A stretch of 64,000 bases of DNA, taken from contig NW_013547012.1 of NCBI RefSeq assembly GCF_000711695.1, forward strand, positions 186,001 to 250,000. The letters run 5' to 3'. The position numbers and the translations under genes are program-made. Under the pieces are notes generated by a model, which was given only the letters and a program-made list of their open reading frames with translations, was not told the origin of the DNA and did not search any database. Numbering within the stretch: the first letter of the stretch is position 1; every line of letters begins with the position of its first letter. The DNA comes from Tilletiaria anomala UBC 951. Lineage: Eukaryota. Below, piece after piece: positions 34,382 to 46,420 of the stretch.

Positions 34382-37379
34382 TCAGTACAACTCGTTCAGT
34401 CTGACTGTGATAGCCTCCGCTAGCTCGACCAGTTGATGTGGCAGCCTCTGCAGATAGCGCTCCAATCTTGCCCGATCGGCCTTGTCCGACATTTTCTCTA
34501 GGTAGCGATCGATGTCCGCCACCTCGCCAGCCTCAATGAGTCGCTGTATAAAAGGCGTGTAGCCGATCGGCGACCGCTTCGAATTGCCGAAATGCCACAT
34601 TCCATCCCAATCCCTCATCTCGACGAGCGTGCGGAGCTTGATGTTCCAGAAGCGCTTTTCTGGAACTTTCCAGTCGGAGCGAATTTTGTCGGCCTTCTTG
34701 TGCAAGTTGCGCTTGAGACAGATGCGGATCGTCTCGTTGAGGTTCAGGCCAATGAAGATGCCATCACTTCCAGGGTTCTCTTTCTCCAAAGCTGCCTGGA
34801 AACCAAGTAGTCGTATTTGCTCGTCCGTCAGCTTGCCCTCCAGTACGCGCTCCTTGTCCTCGTTGAAAAACTTCATCGCTTCACGCAGGCTGCTGATGCG
34901 CGATGACAGGTTCGCCGCGCGTTGAGATGCATCGAGCATGATACCTTCGATGGGATACTCGTACCCCTCTTCGATCGCCAGCAACGCACTTTCAGTCCGA
35001 CGATCGTCTTGAAAGTAGAAGTCACGAAGGAGTTCGCGATCTTCATTGCGTGCATAAACCTCGAGTAGATTCGATGCCAGTGCCAGGTATGACGTAGCTT
35101 GAGCCCTGCTTGCCTGCGCTGTGCCGAGCGAGTCTTGCAGTGGAGCTTGGACGATGCGGAAGAAGTCAGCTCTAGAAAGCTGGGATTTGAGGCGGAACAG
35201 AGCGTGATAGACAAGGTCCGTGTCACCGCTTTCCACAGCCTTGACGAGTGCCAACTTGTCTTCGTGCATGCTCAGGAGTAGCGGCACTTGGTCTACAGCT
35301 CGAGGCTCATGCACGAGGAGCTTCGTAGCAAGGCGCACTCGTCCAGCTGCCCAGGCGTCCTTTGTGATCTCGGCGTAGCTCACCGCTGGCTGATCTCGGA
35401 ATTTCTCAACAATAGCATCGCAGACCTCATCGTCGGCTGCGTGGCCGAGCGATGTGGAGGCGGCGATCGCCCGTTCTTTGTTGGAGCGTGCGATCTTCGC
35501 TCGCGCCCAGTGCTTCAAGATTGGATCTGGTGGCAAGCGGAGGAACTCGGATATGCGAAGTGCCAGGAGATGTTTGTTTCGGTATGTCAGGCGAGACAGC
35601 AGTGCTTGGGGACCAGTCGCCTCATACTCCTCGTGTGAAATGGGAATTGCGACCTCGTAGTGCCTCGCAGCATTGAGCACCCGCAGCTTTTGCGCCATGC
35701 TGACCAAGGTGGACGGATCATGCGAGTCGAGGAAAGTCTTGCCGAGATCTGCAGCTCGCATAAGCCGCTTTTGTAGATTGACATCCCACTCGCAACTCGC
35801 TGCCTGTATACAAATTTCCACGGCCTCATCGAGTTGGGAGCGGATGGCTCGAATTCCTTCGTCCGCCTTAGCGCTCTTTCGCTGCACAGACCGCGATTGT
35901 GAAGATGCGCATGCGGATACTGTCGACGATGAATGAAGGTTCTCACTGCTGTCGTATAGCAAGGACGCAGGGTGTGTCGAGCCGGGTAGAAAGACAGCAG
36001 ACGTTGACTGGTGGACCTTGCAAAGGAATTCAACCCTATCTGGGCTTAGTATTCGGAGACCATCCATCTCGCTTTTCAGGTGAACGAGATCGCGGTAGTA
36101 GTACCTGATGGAGTCGCCGAACGGGCCGACCATTACGACTTGGTCCTTAAACGCAATGACAACCGTATTGCTGCCACACCATTCGATCTGCGAGATACCT
36201 GCAATCATCATCGCAGTCTTTCCCTCTGTCTCCGTGTTCACCCTGCCAAGGGGCGATGCTGCCGAGGTCTGGCCTGTTACAAAGCCATCGCAGGCACTGA
36301 CGTCGAACTCGCTGAGGCTTCGCCCAAAGTCGGAACTGACGACCCACAGTTTCCAGTCGCTCGTCAGGAGCGCAAGCAGATTATTATCGGGACTGGGCCG
36401 GATTGCGTAGAAAGGTCCCCTGTCAAGACGCATGTCTTGGGCAGCGAGCTGTGAAGGCGAAAGCTTGTACAGCGTCGATGAGCCTGTTGGTGAAACATAA
36501 AGGTCCGACTCGGAGAATGGGCTAGCAGACGAAGGAGGTAGAAGCGCCCAGGAAAAGGGCAATGCGCTTGAAATGGGGGAGGATATCGGTTGAAGGGGTA
36601 GGCGAGAATAGCTGCGGACCTCGTGCTGTATTGCGCCGCGAGAGGAAAGGTTGGAACGAGCGCCAGTGCCATCACCGTTGACTGTAGGCGGTGCACATGG
36701 TGAAGTCCTGCCGGCAAAGCTTTGTGTGATTGGAAACTGCCATTCACAGTAGGTGCCTGCCCCTGTGAGAAAGACGATACCATCTTCCCAGACTTGAGCA
36801 TCGAATATTCCCGTCTCCGTGGCCTCTTGACCCAACGAGTACGAAACGTAGTAACTGTTTGATGTCGCTCCGATTGGCTCTGAAGGATTACCAGCTGCCG
36901 CACTCGAAGAGCCAGCGTCCTTGGTAGCAGTTGAAGATAGCTTGATCGGACATGGTGTCAATAGTCGATACAGGCGGACAAGTCCCTCGTCAAGAACAAC
37001 GGCGAGTTGCTCGTCCCATGTGAAGCCCATAGCCACGATTCGATTTGCAGCATCCCACTGAAAATGCAGATATAGATGGAATCAGCCTGCATTTTCTGTT
37101 GACGGCTGTTGAAGACATGCCTCTCACCGGCAAGCTTTCCACCATCTGCCCAGCCGCAGTGTAGATGCCAATCTTCATCGTGGTACCAGTGACGGCCGAC
37201 GCGCCAATCGGCACGAGGGCATTCTGATCGCGTACTATTGCGATGAAGCCGCCATTCTTTCCTAACGAGACGCGCTGGCCCTGCAGCGAATTTACGGCCC
37301 AAGACGTTAAGTTGTATATGTCGGTTTTGCGGTAGAAGACGTCCTGCAGTGAGGACCACTCTTGTGTCGGGGACGCCAT
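34382..37379 (-). CDS. VPS16: HOPS/CORVET subunit Vps16, one intron near 37060-37127
   Basis: N-terminal W..LQDVFYRKTDIY, GGFIAIVRD, MVGPFGD, AADLGKTFL, LRVLNAAR, HWARAKI, EPRAVDQVPLLL, AVESGDTDLVY, SKRSPIGYTPF. Confidence 0.93.
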
Positions 37380-37868
37380 GTCGACGACTTGTCAACTTGC
37401 TGAAGCTCGATCCGAGCACCGCCTCCAGGGTCACACACGCCGGTCGGGGCCGCAGCGCACCCGTGGCTCTCCCGAGCTGAAGATATAGCGTCGAGGGTTC
37501 ACCGTCGTGTTCGAGTCGCAGCACATGAAAGTAATCGAGAAACCCTTGCGGTCAAAGGCTGTGACTGCTCCTCGCGGACTGCAGCGTGCAGCATGATGTA
37601 ACATGCTGTCGTGTTTCTCAGAGTGGTGCTCTCTGCATGGTCGGCTTCGGCTGGGGTGGGAGGTATGAACCTGAAGTTAGGGTTGCTCCCGGTCTGGAGC
37701 TGCAAAGCTGTTGCATGACTTCATGCTTCGCGCCGGTTGATCATCGATTCACAAGCTTCGCTGCAAGAAACCAACCACCTCGTAGATGTGGGTTAACCGT
37801 CGAGCCAACGCGTCAACCTCGTTTTCCCAGAGTTCACGCGGTTGTAATACCAAGTGTCTCGACGAAGA

Positions 37869-40047
37869 ATGCAACCAGTCGCCGCGTCAATATCCACCAT
37901 GAGCCGCAGCGCTCGGGTGAATCGTTCTTTCTGGCATTCTACTTTCTCCGAACCCGCACCTACAAGGTGCCAGGGCTCGCCAACCGCGATCCCCTCGCGT
38001 TCACTCAGGACTCATACTTCGGCGCATAGAACAAAACAAACATGCAACTGGGGGTACCGTGAACGTCGAGCGATAGGATCGAACTCTCGCTTCCAAGCAC
38101 GCCACATCGCAACCACAGCCGACCCAGATTTCGAATGCGCGCCTTTTAAGGACGTGGTCGTTGTCGGCGCAGGGCCCATTGGCCTCTCTGTTGCATGCGG
38201 CATCGTCGCTTCGACACAAAAAGCAGCAGTCAGTATTCAGAAAATTAGAGCATTGAGTGCCTATCCAAGCATCACGATTGTAGAAGGAGGGGACTTGGCG
38301 CGACTCCGCAACTGGGCGTCCAAGGCAGAAGAGCGTGCCTATTCCAGCAACAGCGACACTCCATGGGAGAACCGCGTCATCAGCTTGACGGCGGAGAACA
38401 TGGAATGGCTCGCGACGATCGGCGTCTCACCCTTCTTGGTGCAATCACGATTGTGGCCGGTCAGGGACATGAGGGTTTGGGATGGACTATCGGACGCCAC
38501 AATTGAGTTCCACGCGGATGAGGCATTTGATGTCAGCAGTGCGCCTTCTTCGCTCTCCAATGGCGCGAGAGCGACGCTGAGCTATATGGTGGAAATTTCG
38601 AATTTGCAGCAAGCAATGCTACGCTATCTGGAAGAGCATGGTCAAGGCCAAGTGCAGGTCAAAGATCGGACACGGGTGCAAAGCATCGCGGCTAACCCAG
38701 AAGATGGCGGAGTAAGCTCTTCTTTTTTGGATCAGTGGCCCGTTCTGTCGCTCGGCGCAGACACGGAAGACACCACTCACCTCCGCGCACGGCTTCTCGT
38801 TGGCGCTGATGGGCCGGATTCACCCGTGAGAAGGTACGCAGGAATCGAGAACTATGGTTGGGAATACGGCCGTCGAGGTGTAGTGGGAACCTTGCGATGC
38901 ATAAAGCCAACAGGGGGAGACGCTAACTCAGGTGAAGAAGTTCCGTTCGTCAATACGGCCTTCCAGAGGTTCTTGCCTACTGGCCCCATTGCTTTTCTGC
39001 CGGTAAGTCGGAAACAGCGTTCATCGCGGAGTTCACGCTCAACTTGGCCTCTTTGCGTGTCTCATTTAGCTGGAACACGGCGTGGGCTCTATGGTATGGA
39101 CATTGCCGCCAGACCTTGCGCGTGCTGTCGAGCATATTCATCGCGACACTCCCACCAATACTGCTGTGCAACCTTTCGCTGAGCTGATCAGTGCTGCCTT
39201 CCGCCTTCCATGGATATATCTTGATCGCATCTTTCAAGAGATACGCGGTCGCGCCAAAGCAAGCGCCAGCGCCTCTGGGTCAAGCGCGTCCGCTTCTAAT
39301 GCGAATGACTGGTCTTGGCTCGTTAAGATCATCTCTGATTCGGTGAGAGAGGCAGGCGGTCTTGAGGCGCTACCAGACCATGGAGATGGGTTCGTCCCCG
39401 CTCCCGTGCGGTCAGTCGACCCGCACAGCGTCGCTTCTTTCCCTTTGCAAGTCAAGCACGCCGATGTATATCTCGGCGCGGCTGTGAACGGTAGCGCGTC
39501 GACTACTTCGCGCTCGTTACATACACTTTCCGGCGCTCTGAATACAGGGCTCACGATCTTGGGCCTCGCCTCCGCCAATGCAGGTACCAATGAAGGCAAA
39601 GGCCGCACGGCTCTTGTAGGCGACGCAGCCCACAGCATACATCCACTGGCGGGCCAGGGCCTCAATCTCGGCCTGGCGGATGCACGTTCTCTGGTGGGCA
39701 CGCTTGAACGCGCTGTGCAGAGCGGAGCGGATCTGGGGAGCTACACGGCGCTTAGAGGATATGCAAGGGAGCGATACTGCGAAAACCAAAAGATGCTCAG
39801 TGCAGTTGACCACCTGCATTGGTTGTATGCTTCTCCTGTGCCTCTAGCGTATCAACACACGGCGGGCTACGGCATGCAAGAAGCAGGGAAGGAGCCATTT
39901 TTCGAAGAACCTTTACGGGCTTTCGCTCGAGAGGGGTTCGCACGCTCGACTGTCTGGGCGCGAAGCACGGGGCTGGAAGTGGTCAACGAGTTAAGGGCTG
40001 TAAAAAATGCATTCATCCGCCATGCTGGAGGTCGAAGCGCTAAGTAG
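37869..40047 (+). CDS. COQ6: Ubiquinone biosynthesis FAD monooxygenase; intron about 39003-39069 (start may be 37899)
   Basis: DVVVVGAGPIG, MRVWDG, LLVGADGPDSPVR, AFQRFLPTGPIAFLP, ASFPL, LVGDAAHSIHPLAGQGLNLGLAD. Confidence 0.92.
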
Positions 40048-40175
40048 GTCACCAGATGCAAATGATATGACCATGCGAGTAATTCGTCGTCCATGTGAGG
40101 TCTTGACGCCCTCGCACGTGTCGCATGCGGGGCTATATGCTACCTTGCATCTTGTCTCAAAAGGAAGATAGAACC

Positions 40176-40993
40176 TCAGGGTCTTCGAGCAGTAGGCGGA
40201 TGCTCAGCCTTCTGCCATCGATTGATCTCCTTAAAGCAGTGTCCGCAGATATGGTGCGCGAGTTTGGGTCTTCCACAACCCTGGCAGTGGACAAGGTCTA
40301 AAGTTGACAATAGCGCATCCCAAGACAATCAGCGGTGGCCCGTACGCCGAAGCAGGAAAGGGGGGTTAAACTTACCAACGCGATCTTTCAAGCCCTTGTT
40401 GGCTGCTCGCATGGCCTTGCGAGAGTGCGAGACTTTCTTCTTAGGCACCGCGTTCAGAAGCCCATCCCAATTCCAGATGCTGCTCCCTTCGGACTGCGCT
40501 CTTTGCTCAGGCTGTTCCGCATGGGCACCTATCCCCTCAATTGTGAGTGGGTACGGCACCGACGATGCAACTGAAGGGGCTGGAGAAAATCCAGGAGGCT
40601 GGAAAAAGCGGCCAAGCGAGGCCGAGAGGCGGATGAGAGAGGAGCCTACTGGCCCTGACAAAGTAAAGGCTGATCCCGAGGGAAGGGCGAGGATGTATCG
40701 TCGACCATGCTCCCTGCTGTTGATCTCATATGTCCCCGATTCAGCCACGTAAGCCAAATTAGATCTGGATAGAGTAGGTAAAAATAGAGCGCATCGTCAG
40801 CACCCTTCAATTCTTGTTGGAACAGTGCTCGTGGCTTCACGAATACATACCGAGAAGCGCCGGACGACCTGCAAAGAGAGCAGAACGAAGCCGAGGAAGG
40901 GGAGGATACTAGGCGGTCAGCCTGCTTTGAGGCGGCGCGCCTGCTCAGCAGACGGAGGGACGAGGTCGATGCAGACGAAACTGAGAGAAGCAT
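40176..40993 (-). CDS. MRPL32: Mitochondrial ribosomal protein bL32m, 3 exons
   Basis: Arg/Ser-rich presequence, then AVPKKKVSHSRKAMRAANKGLKDRV|DLVHCQGCGRPKLAHHICGHCFKEI zinc knuckle. Confidence 0.9.
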
Positions 40994-41290
40994 ATTGCTG
41001 TAGTATCTGCTTTGCAAGGTGTTCCTGTCCGCTGCTTGTTTGCTTCAGGAGGCGATGCTCTACAACCACTTATCGTTCTTCCAAGAAGAAGAGCTTTCCT
41101 CGTGGCAGGGGCTTTCCTCTCGATGGAGGTCGTTCACTTTCGGGATAGCATCACGTGACTGATTCCGCTAGCTGGCTGCAGGAGGCGGCTTTGACCGGGT
41201 ATATATTGTCATCATCGCATCTGTTCTCAACACTGCAAGACGTAAGGGTCTGAAAGTCCTGTTCGAACACCCTTACTAGTTGTATTCGGA

Positions 41291-41343
41291 GTGAGTTACA
41301 CGTTCTGAATTGTAACGCAACAGTACGTGGATCTAACATTTAG
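41291..41343 (+). other. Probable 5'UTR intron of ETF-beta
   Basis: gtgagt...tctaac atttag, 53 nt, ending 28 nt before the ATG. Confidence 0.55.
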
Positions 41344-41371
41344 CCCTGCTCCGAAGATCGGAACTTCCAAA

Positions 41372-42459
41372 ATGCGCCCGACCTCTGCGCTCCATGCTAT
41401 CCGGGTTCTCGGTGGGTCATTGTCTCCCATCTTTATAGGCTGATGCCTTGCGGTGCATTTCCTCCCAAGGTGCTTGGACTGATGAGAAATCTGCCTGGCG
41501 CTACATCACAGTACCCGTCAAGCGCACGATTGACTACAGTGTGAAGATCCGTGTCGCGTCGGATGGCAAGAGCGTAGACACAAACGCAAAGCACGCGGCG
41601 AATCCTTTCGATGAGTTGTCAATCGAGGAGGCAGTCAGGTTGAAGGAGAAGTACAAGGATGGCATCAGCAAGATTGTGAGTTCTACTTCGACGCCTACAG
41701 GCTGCTTGCCACTCCTTCCCACGAGCAACACTGGCCAACGAGACTTCAGATCTCTGCATTAAGTTCCATAACTGAACTCAGCACACGAACCATGGAAAGG
41801 TAACTGACGCATTGAGTTCCTTCAAACGCTAGACTGTCGTGTCCATCGGACCGCCTAAATCAGCCGATGTCCTGCGAACAGGTCTGGCCATGGGCGCTGA
41901 CGATGCAATCCACGTAGAGATCCCGGAGAAGGATGGCTCTTTGGAGCCATTGGGCGTGTCAAAAGTTCTAGCCAAGATTGTCAAGGAGGGAATCAGCACT
42001 GGAGACTCAAAGGAGGAAGTGGGCCTTGTCATTGCAGGCAAGCAAGCGATTGATGACGATGCCAGCCAGACGGGTCAAATGCTCGCTGCGCTACTCAACT
42101 GGCCACAGGCGACATTTGCGAGCAAGCTCGAGCTACTCGGTACACCTGACCTTGGGCAAGAAGTACAGGTCACGCGCGAGATCGATGGTGGTCTTGGTGT
42201 CGTCAAGACCAAGTTCCCCTTTGTCATGACCACTGACTTGCGACTGAATGAGCCGAGGTACGCTTCGCTGCCAAACATCATGAAAGCCAAGAAGAAGCCG
42301 TTCAAGAAACTCACACTGAAGGACCTCGGACTGGAGAACGAAGTCAAGAACCGTCTCGAAACGCTTAAGGTCACCGAGCCGCCAAAGCGACAGGGTGGAA
42401 CCAAGGTGAAGGACGTCGACATGCTCGTCAGCAAGCTGAAGGAAGCCGGGCGGATCTGA
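41372..42459 (+). CDS. CIR1: Electron transfer flavoprotein beta subunit, 3 coding exons
   Basis: [18 protein letters not shown]...[80 protein letters not shown]. Confidence 0.95.
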
Positions 42460-42785
42460 GCATCGCACTGCGGTGTTGCTCAAAGTTGCATCAGCGAGCG
42501 CTGCTTACGCAATCACACGTTCTGTACTGTAAACGCAATTGAGTGCTGCAACTAAGAAAATGGGTTGCATATTGTTTTCAAAAAGAGCCGCATTTATACC
42601 TCCTGTTGTGTTGCCCCAGCTCATCTGCGCTTCAAACCTTCCGGAACAGGTTGCCAACCTTGGGTACACAATGTCCCCCAATAATCATAGCGGAAATGAC
42701 GAAAAATGCAGATTGGAACAGATATAGCACGCGTGATTGCACGACAGACGTAAGCTATTGATGTGATAGAACAATTCACACTCTT

Positions 42786-44188
42786 TCAAGCGAGGTCGTT
42801 CGCCGAAGCGAAGGAGAGCATTTCCTGGTAGATTTGCGGAGCCTGCACGTGGTAATTTAGGCCGTGACCAGGGCCTTTCGGGACTGTGGAAGGTAAGAGA
42901 GTTAGCCTCACAAAGTTCACAGCTGCTACCAGCAACTGGAAAATTTACCGTAGAACGTGGCATTTTTTGATTGAGGATAAAGGCTCGTAGCCGTTTCTGC
43001 GACGATGTTGGTCGCATTCGATGAACGGAAAGTGAAGACGAAGTCATTGTCGCTCGTAAGCACTTGTACCGGACCAGTGAAGTTGCTAGGCCCCACCAGG
43101 CTGCCTAAGGTGAAGAACGCTCCCTGAGTGACTGGCTGCTCGGTGCTTCGGACGAGTGCAACAGCGTCGTTCGTCACATAGGCAGGGACGTTGAAGTTAA
43201 TTTGAGCCGAGTATGGCGTTGCGGTCACGAGGTAGTTGCTTGTAGCGTTCGCCAAACGCTCCGGGAAGATTAAAGAAGCCTGTTCGTAATTCGCGGACAA
43301 GACGTAGTAGCCGAGTCCTTCTTGGAATGTGGTGAAGCCAGTCAAGATGAGCCCGTCTATCAGGTCTGGGCGTGACAGAGACGCAGCATTCGATTGGGCC
43401 GAGCCGTAAGAGTGTCCCACGAGCAACGTCTTGTTCCATTTCTGGCCACCGATCACATCGGAGTTTTTAATCGAGTTGAGAAATGAGAGCAGGATGCCCA
43501 CTTCCGTCTGACCTTGCACGACATTGACCCCATCGATTGGCTTCTCCGAATCTCCGGTGCCGAGGCGATCGTATCGGAACGTGCTGATACCTTGTTCGGC
43601 TGCAGCATAGACGTATGAATACTGGTCTTCAGGCACACCAGGGCCTTGAATATTCCAGTACGAGGCGTCAAAGCCCTGCAAATGAAGTATAGTAAGCAGT
43701 GCTGGTCATCCCCAACCAAAGGGCTTTGTCCTTACAATGCCATGGACGAGAACCTGAAGGGCACTCGAGGCCGACTTGTTGTTCTTGGGTTTACATAGGA
43801 TGCCAGAGATGCTGAACGTCTGCTGAATCTGTATGCTGCCTTTTAAGTATGTCTCAATGAATTTGCTCGAGTTTGTTACGAGCTGAACGAACAACTCGGT
43901 GATTTGCGTTTGATTGACAATTGTGTTAGGCTGGTACCCCAGCGACTTGAGATCAAAGACATCTCTGGTGGCAATGGACGGAACGACATAGGTCTGCCGC
44001 TGACAGTCAGAATTCGACGTGTCGTCCGTCTCGTTTGGCAGCGCCCTTGGGGATGCGAAGGTCCAGCTTGCATCACCACGGTCACGCTTGGCGAACACAG
44101 TGCTTAGCACTGAGTCGCCTGAGAAACTCTGCGCGCTCTGCACGAGCGTCGCAACGAGAAGCCACAAAGAGAGAACAGAGAGGTGCAT
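42786..44188 (-). CDS. Secreted alpha/beta-hydrolase (Abhydrolase_6-like), 3 exons
   Basis: Signal peptide MHLSVLSLWLLVATLVQSAQS, LQVLVHGI|GFDASYW, YDRLGTGDSEKP, nucleophile elbow GHSYGS, acid in DNDFVF, His in GPGHGLNYH. Confidence 0.88.
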
Positions 44189-44263
44189 CTTGAACAACTG
44201 CTGAACGAAGCGTCATGGAGGCCGCATGGTGCAAATTGTCTGGTTCTCTGGTGGAATGGAACG

Positions 44264-44272
44264 CTTTATATA
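44264..44272 (-). promoter_or_regulatory. TATA box of the secreted hydrolase gene
   Basis: Minus-strand TATATAAAG about 75-85 nt upstream of ATG 44188. Confidence 0.5.
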
Positions 44273-45357
44273 TGCTTTACCTGAACCTGGTGTAGGTCAG
44301 TAATTACTCCCGCAGGGCCGTATCAGTAAAATCGGTCGTGGAAGTCGCTCCGACAATGCTCCAACGCGGATGAGAAACCAATGGCGACGGGGAAGTTGTG
44401 GGAAATTGAGGAGCTGACTTGTCCAGCGTCCAGAGCCATTGGCACGTATCGACGACAAGAAGTCTCAACATGAAGGTGGCCTAGGTGAGGTAGGTTCCTG
44501 GGTCATGTGACATCATTTGCGCACCCTTCGAATATGAAATGTTTGTATTTGTTGATGAGGCGCTGATGTCCCGAAGCTAATGCATGCTCTGCTTCTTCCC
44601 GTGTCCAAGGGGGCGGTTAGTACGGTCGGCGAGCCGCGAATCAATCAGCTGCAGGCGCCCAAGATGGGTCACTCGGCACAATGAAAGCAACAAATCTTGG
44701 CTTTGAAGAGCGATTGAGGTTGAGATAGCACAATTCATGAAGGATGAGCTGTATGACGCAGATTGAGCCCTTGAGGGAGCCATCCTAGTGCCATCATGGC
44801 CCGTCTGACGGTACATTTCTCAACGAGGACTGCAGGAACAAGAGCTGACATACCATTGAAGGCAATGTTGCTCTCCCAGTATGCCCCCGAGTCAGTGCAA
44901 CGTGCAGGCGTGCTGAGTGATTACGTACTCCACGTGCTGACATCGTCATCGACGAACACCTCTCGCTGCGGAGCCCTCGGAACGCATCATGCGGAGCGTT
45001 ACGAGGTGAGGGATCGCTTGCGAGGCGATGAGGCCGTGTAAGGTCGTGAGAGAGCTTGATGGGCAAGACTAGCTTTTTCCAAGCTTGCATCGCTGGGAGT
45101 GACGACTTGTCTCTGTGGGATCGGCCAAGAGCCCAAGGTTGGTGCGTTGATACGTTGGTGTGAGGCGAATTGCTCAATATTATGCATGAATTATCGAAAT
45201 GGCGGAGCCGCTGGAATAGATACTGACTAGACTACTGTCCAATGCTGCACTGGCAACGAGGCCCGCCTGCAGCGATGAATGAAAAGTGTGTATAGCAATG
45301 GCATCTAAGACAATGAGTTAGGTACATCTATGAGCAGGGACAGCTAAGAATGAACAT

Positions 45358-46420
45358 TTACAGCCCATGGGCGCTGACGAAGTCGAGCACTATTTGATAA
45401 ATGGAGGATGTGGTTACTGAAGCGCTCGGGGAAGACCATCGAGACTTTCGTGTACACCACCGAGGTGAGGTAGAATGGCATGTGGTCCGTAAAAAGTGGA
45501 GAAGCTGGTGGGCACAATACCGTAAGGGAGGTCCCGGTGCGTCGTGGAGACGGCCTAGGAATGAGCCGAGCCCGCGAGTGGCCAATGAGAACCACCTTGT
45601 TCCACTGCTGACCACCGATCTGGGTAGAATTATTGGCCATTTTGAGGAATGAGATCAGGATGCCGATTTCGGTTAATGCTCGCGCCGCATTGAGGCCCTC
45701 GGAAGGCTTCTCCGAATCACCTGTGCCGAGGTGGTCGTTACGGAACGTGCAGATGCCGCACTCGGCCGCCTGGTAGGCGTACGAGTAGTTGGATTCTGGT
45801 ACCCCATCACCCTGAAAGCAAGTGAGTGAAATGAGTATAAGGGGGAAAGTCGGTATCTCCTGCTAGGCCGATATCACGGCCGTACTAACCTGAAAAGCCC
45901 GGTAGCTCGAAATGACACCATTTCCTTGAACATGCACCTGCAGCGCCGCGGACTGATTCGCTCTCTATCTTGATATGCACAAGATGCCCGAGACCTCAAA
46001 GGCCTGGTTCGTGACGTTATCGCCGGTGATGTAGTCATGCATAAATTGTTGCTGGTCCGTCACACACTTGACAAAGAGCTGCGGGGTCTGCGTCTGATTC
46101 ACCATCTAACCCTCGTCTTCGTAGCTCATGGCGGTCGTGTGAAGGGCGTACGGTTGGCATTCGAGAGGACGCTGTATATCTGGCGCATGCAGTTGGCATT
46201 GGAAGCACTGTCCGTTTTGTTGAAGAATGCGCCTGTAGAGACCGACAGAGTAGTCTTGGGAGCGATGACACTAGCTGTCGTGTTCATATCGGGACTAAGA
46301 GCAGCGGTGCTATTTGCTTGCCGCAAGACGAGTACGTCGCCCAGGGATGAGCCGGTAGGCGAGGACGAGGGACTCGCTGAAAAAACGCCGCAGTTGTGGT
46401 TTTGACCGTAAAAATTGCAT
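45358..46420 (-). pseudogene. Decayed tandem paralog of the adjacent alpha/beta-hydrolase
   Basis: Collinear similarity: CMRQIYSV~CQRQTYVV, FEVSGILC~FSISGILC, YSYAYQAAECGICTFRNDHLGTGDSEKP, IGGQQWNKVVLIGHS, FPERFSN, SIYQIVLDFVSAHGL*. It carries frameshifts, an in-frame stop and a large internal deletion. Confidence 0.88.

Noticed and set aside
37490..37525. gttcgagtc T-loop-like motif as a tRNA (also gttcgaac near 41261 and ggttcaaa near 58728)
   Set aside because: No cloverleaf stems or A-box at the right spacing.
41412..41511. Second recursive-splice candidate in ETF-beta intron 1 (ctgat...cccaag|gtgctt)
   Set aside because: The downstream part is only about 42 nt, with a weak donor and the branch point too close to it.
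44580..45180. Possible gene fragment (GAYWESNIAFN followed by a gtatgt donor-like site) between the hydrolase copies
   Set aside because: Too short and stop-ridden to support a call.
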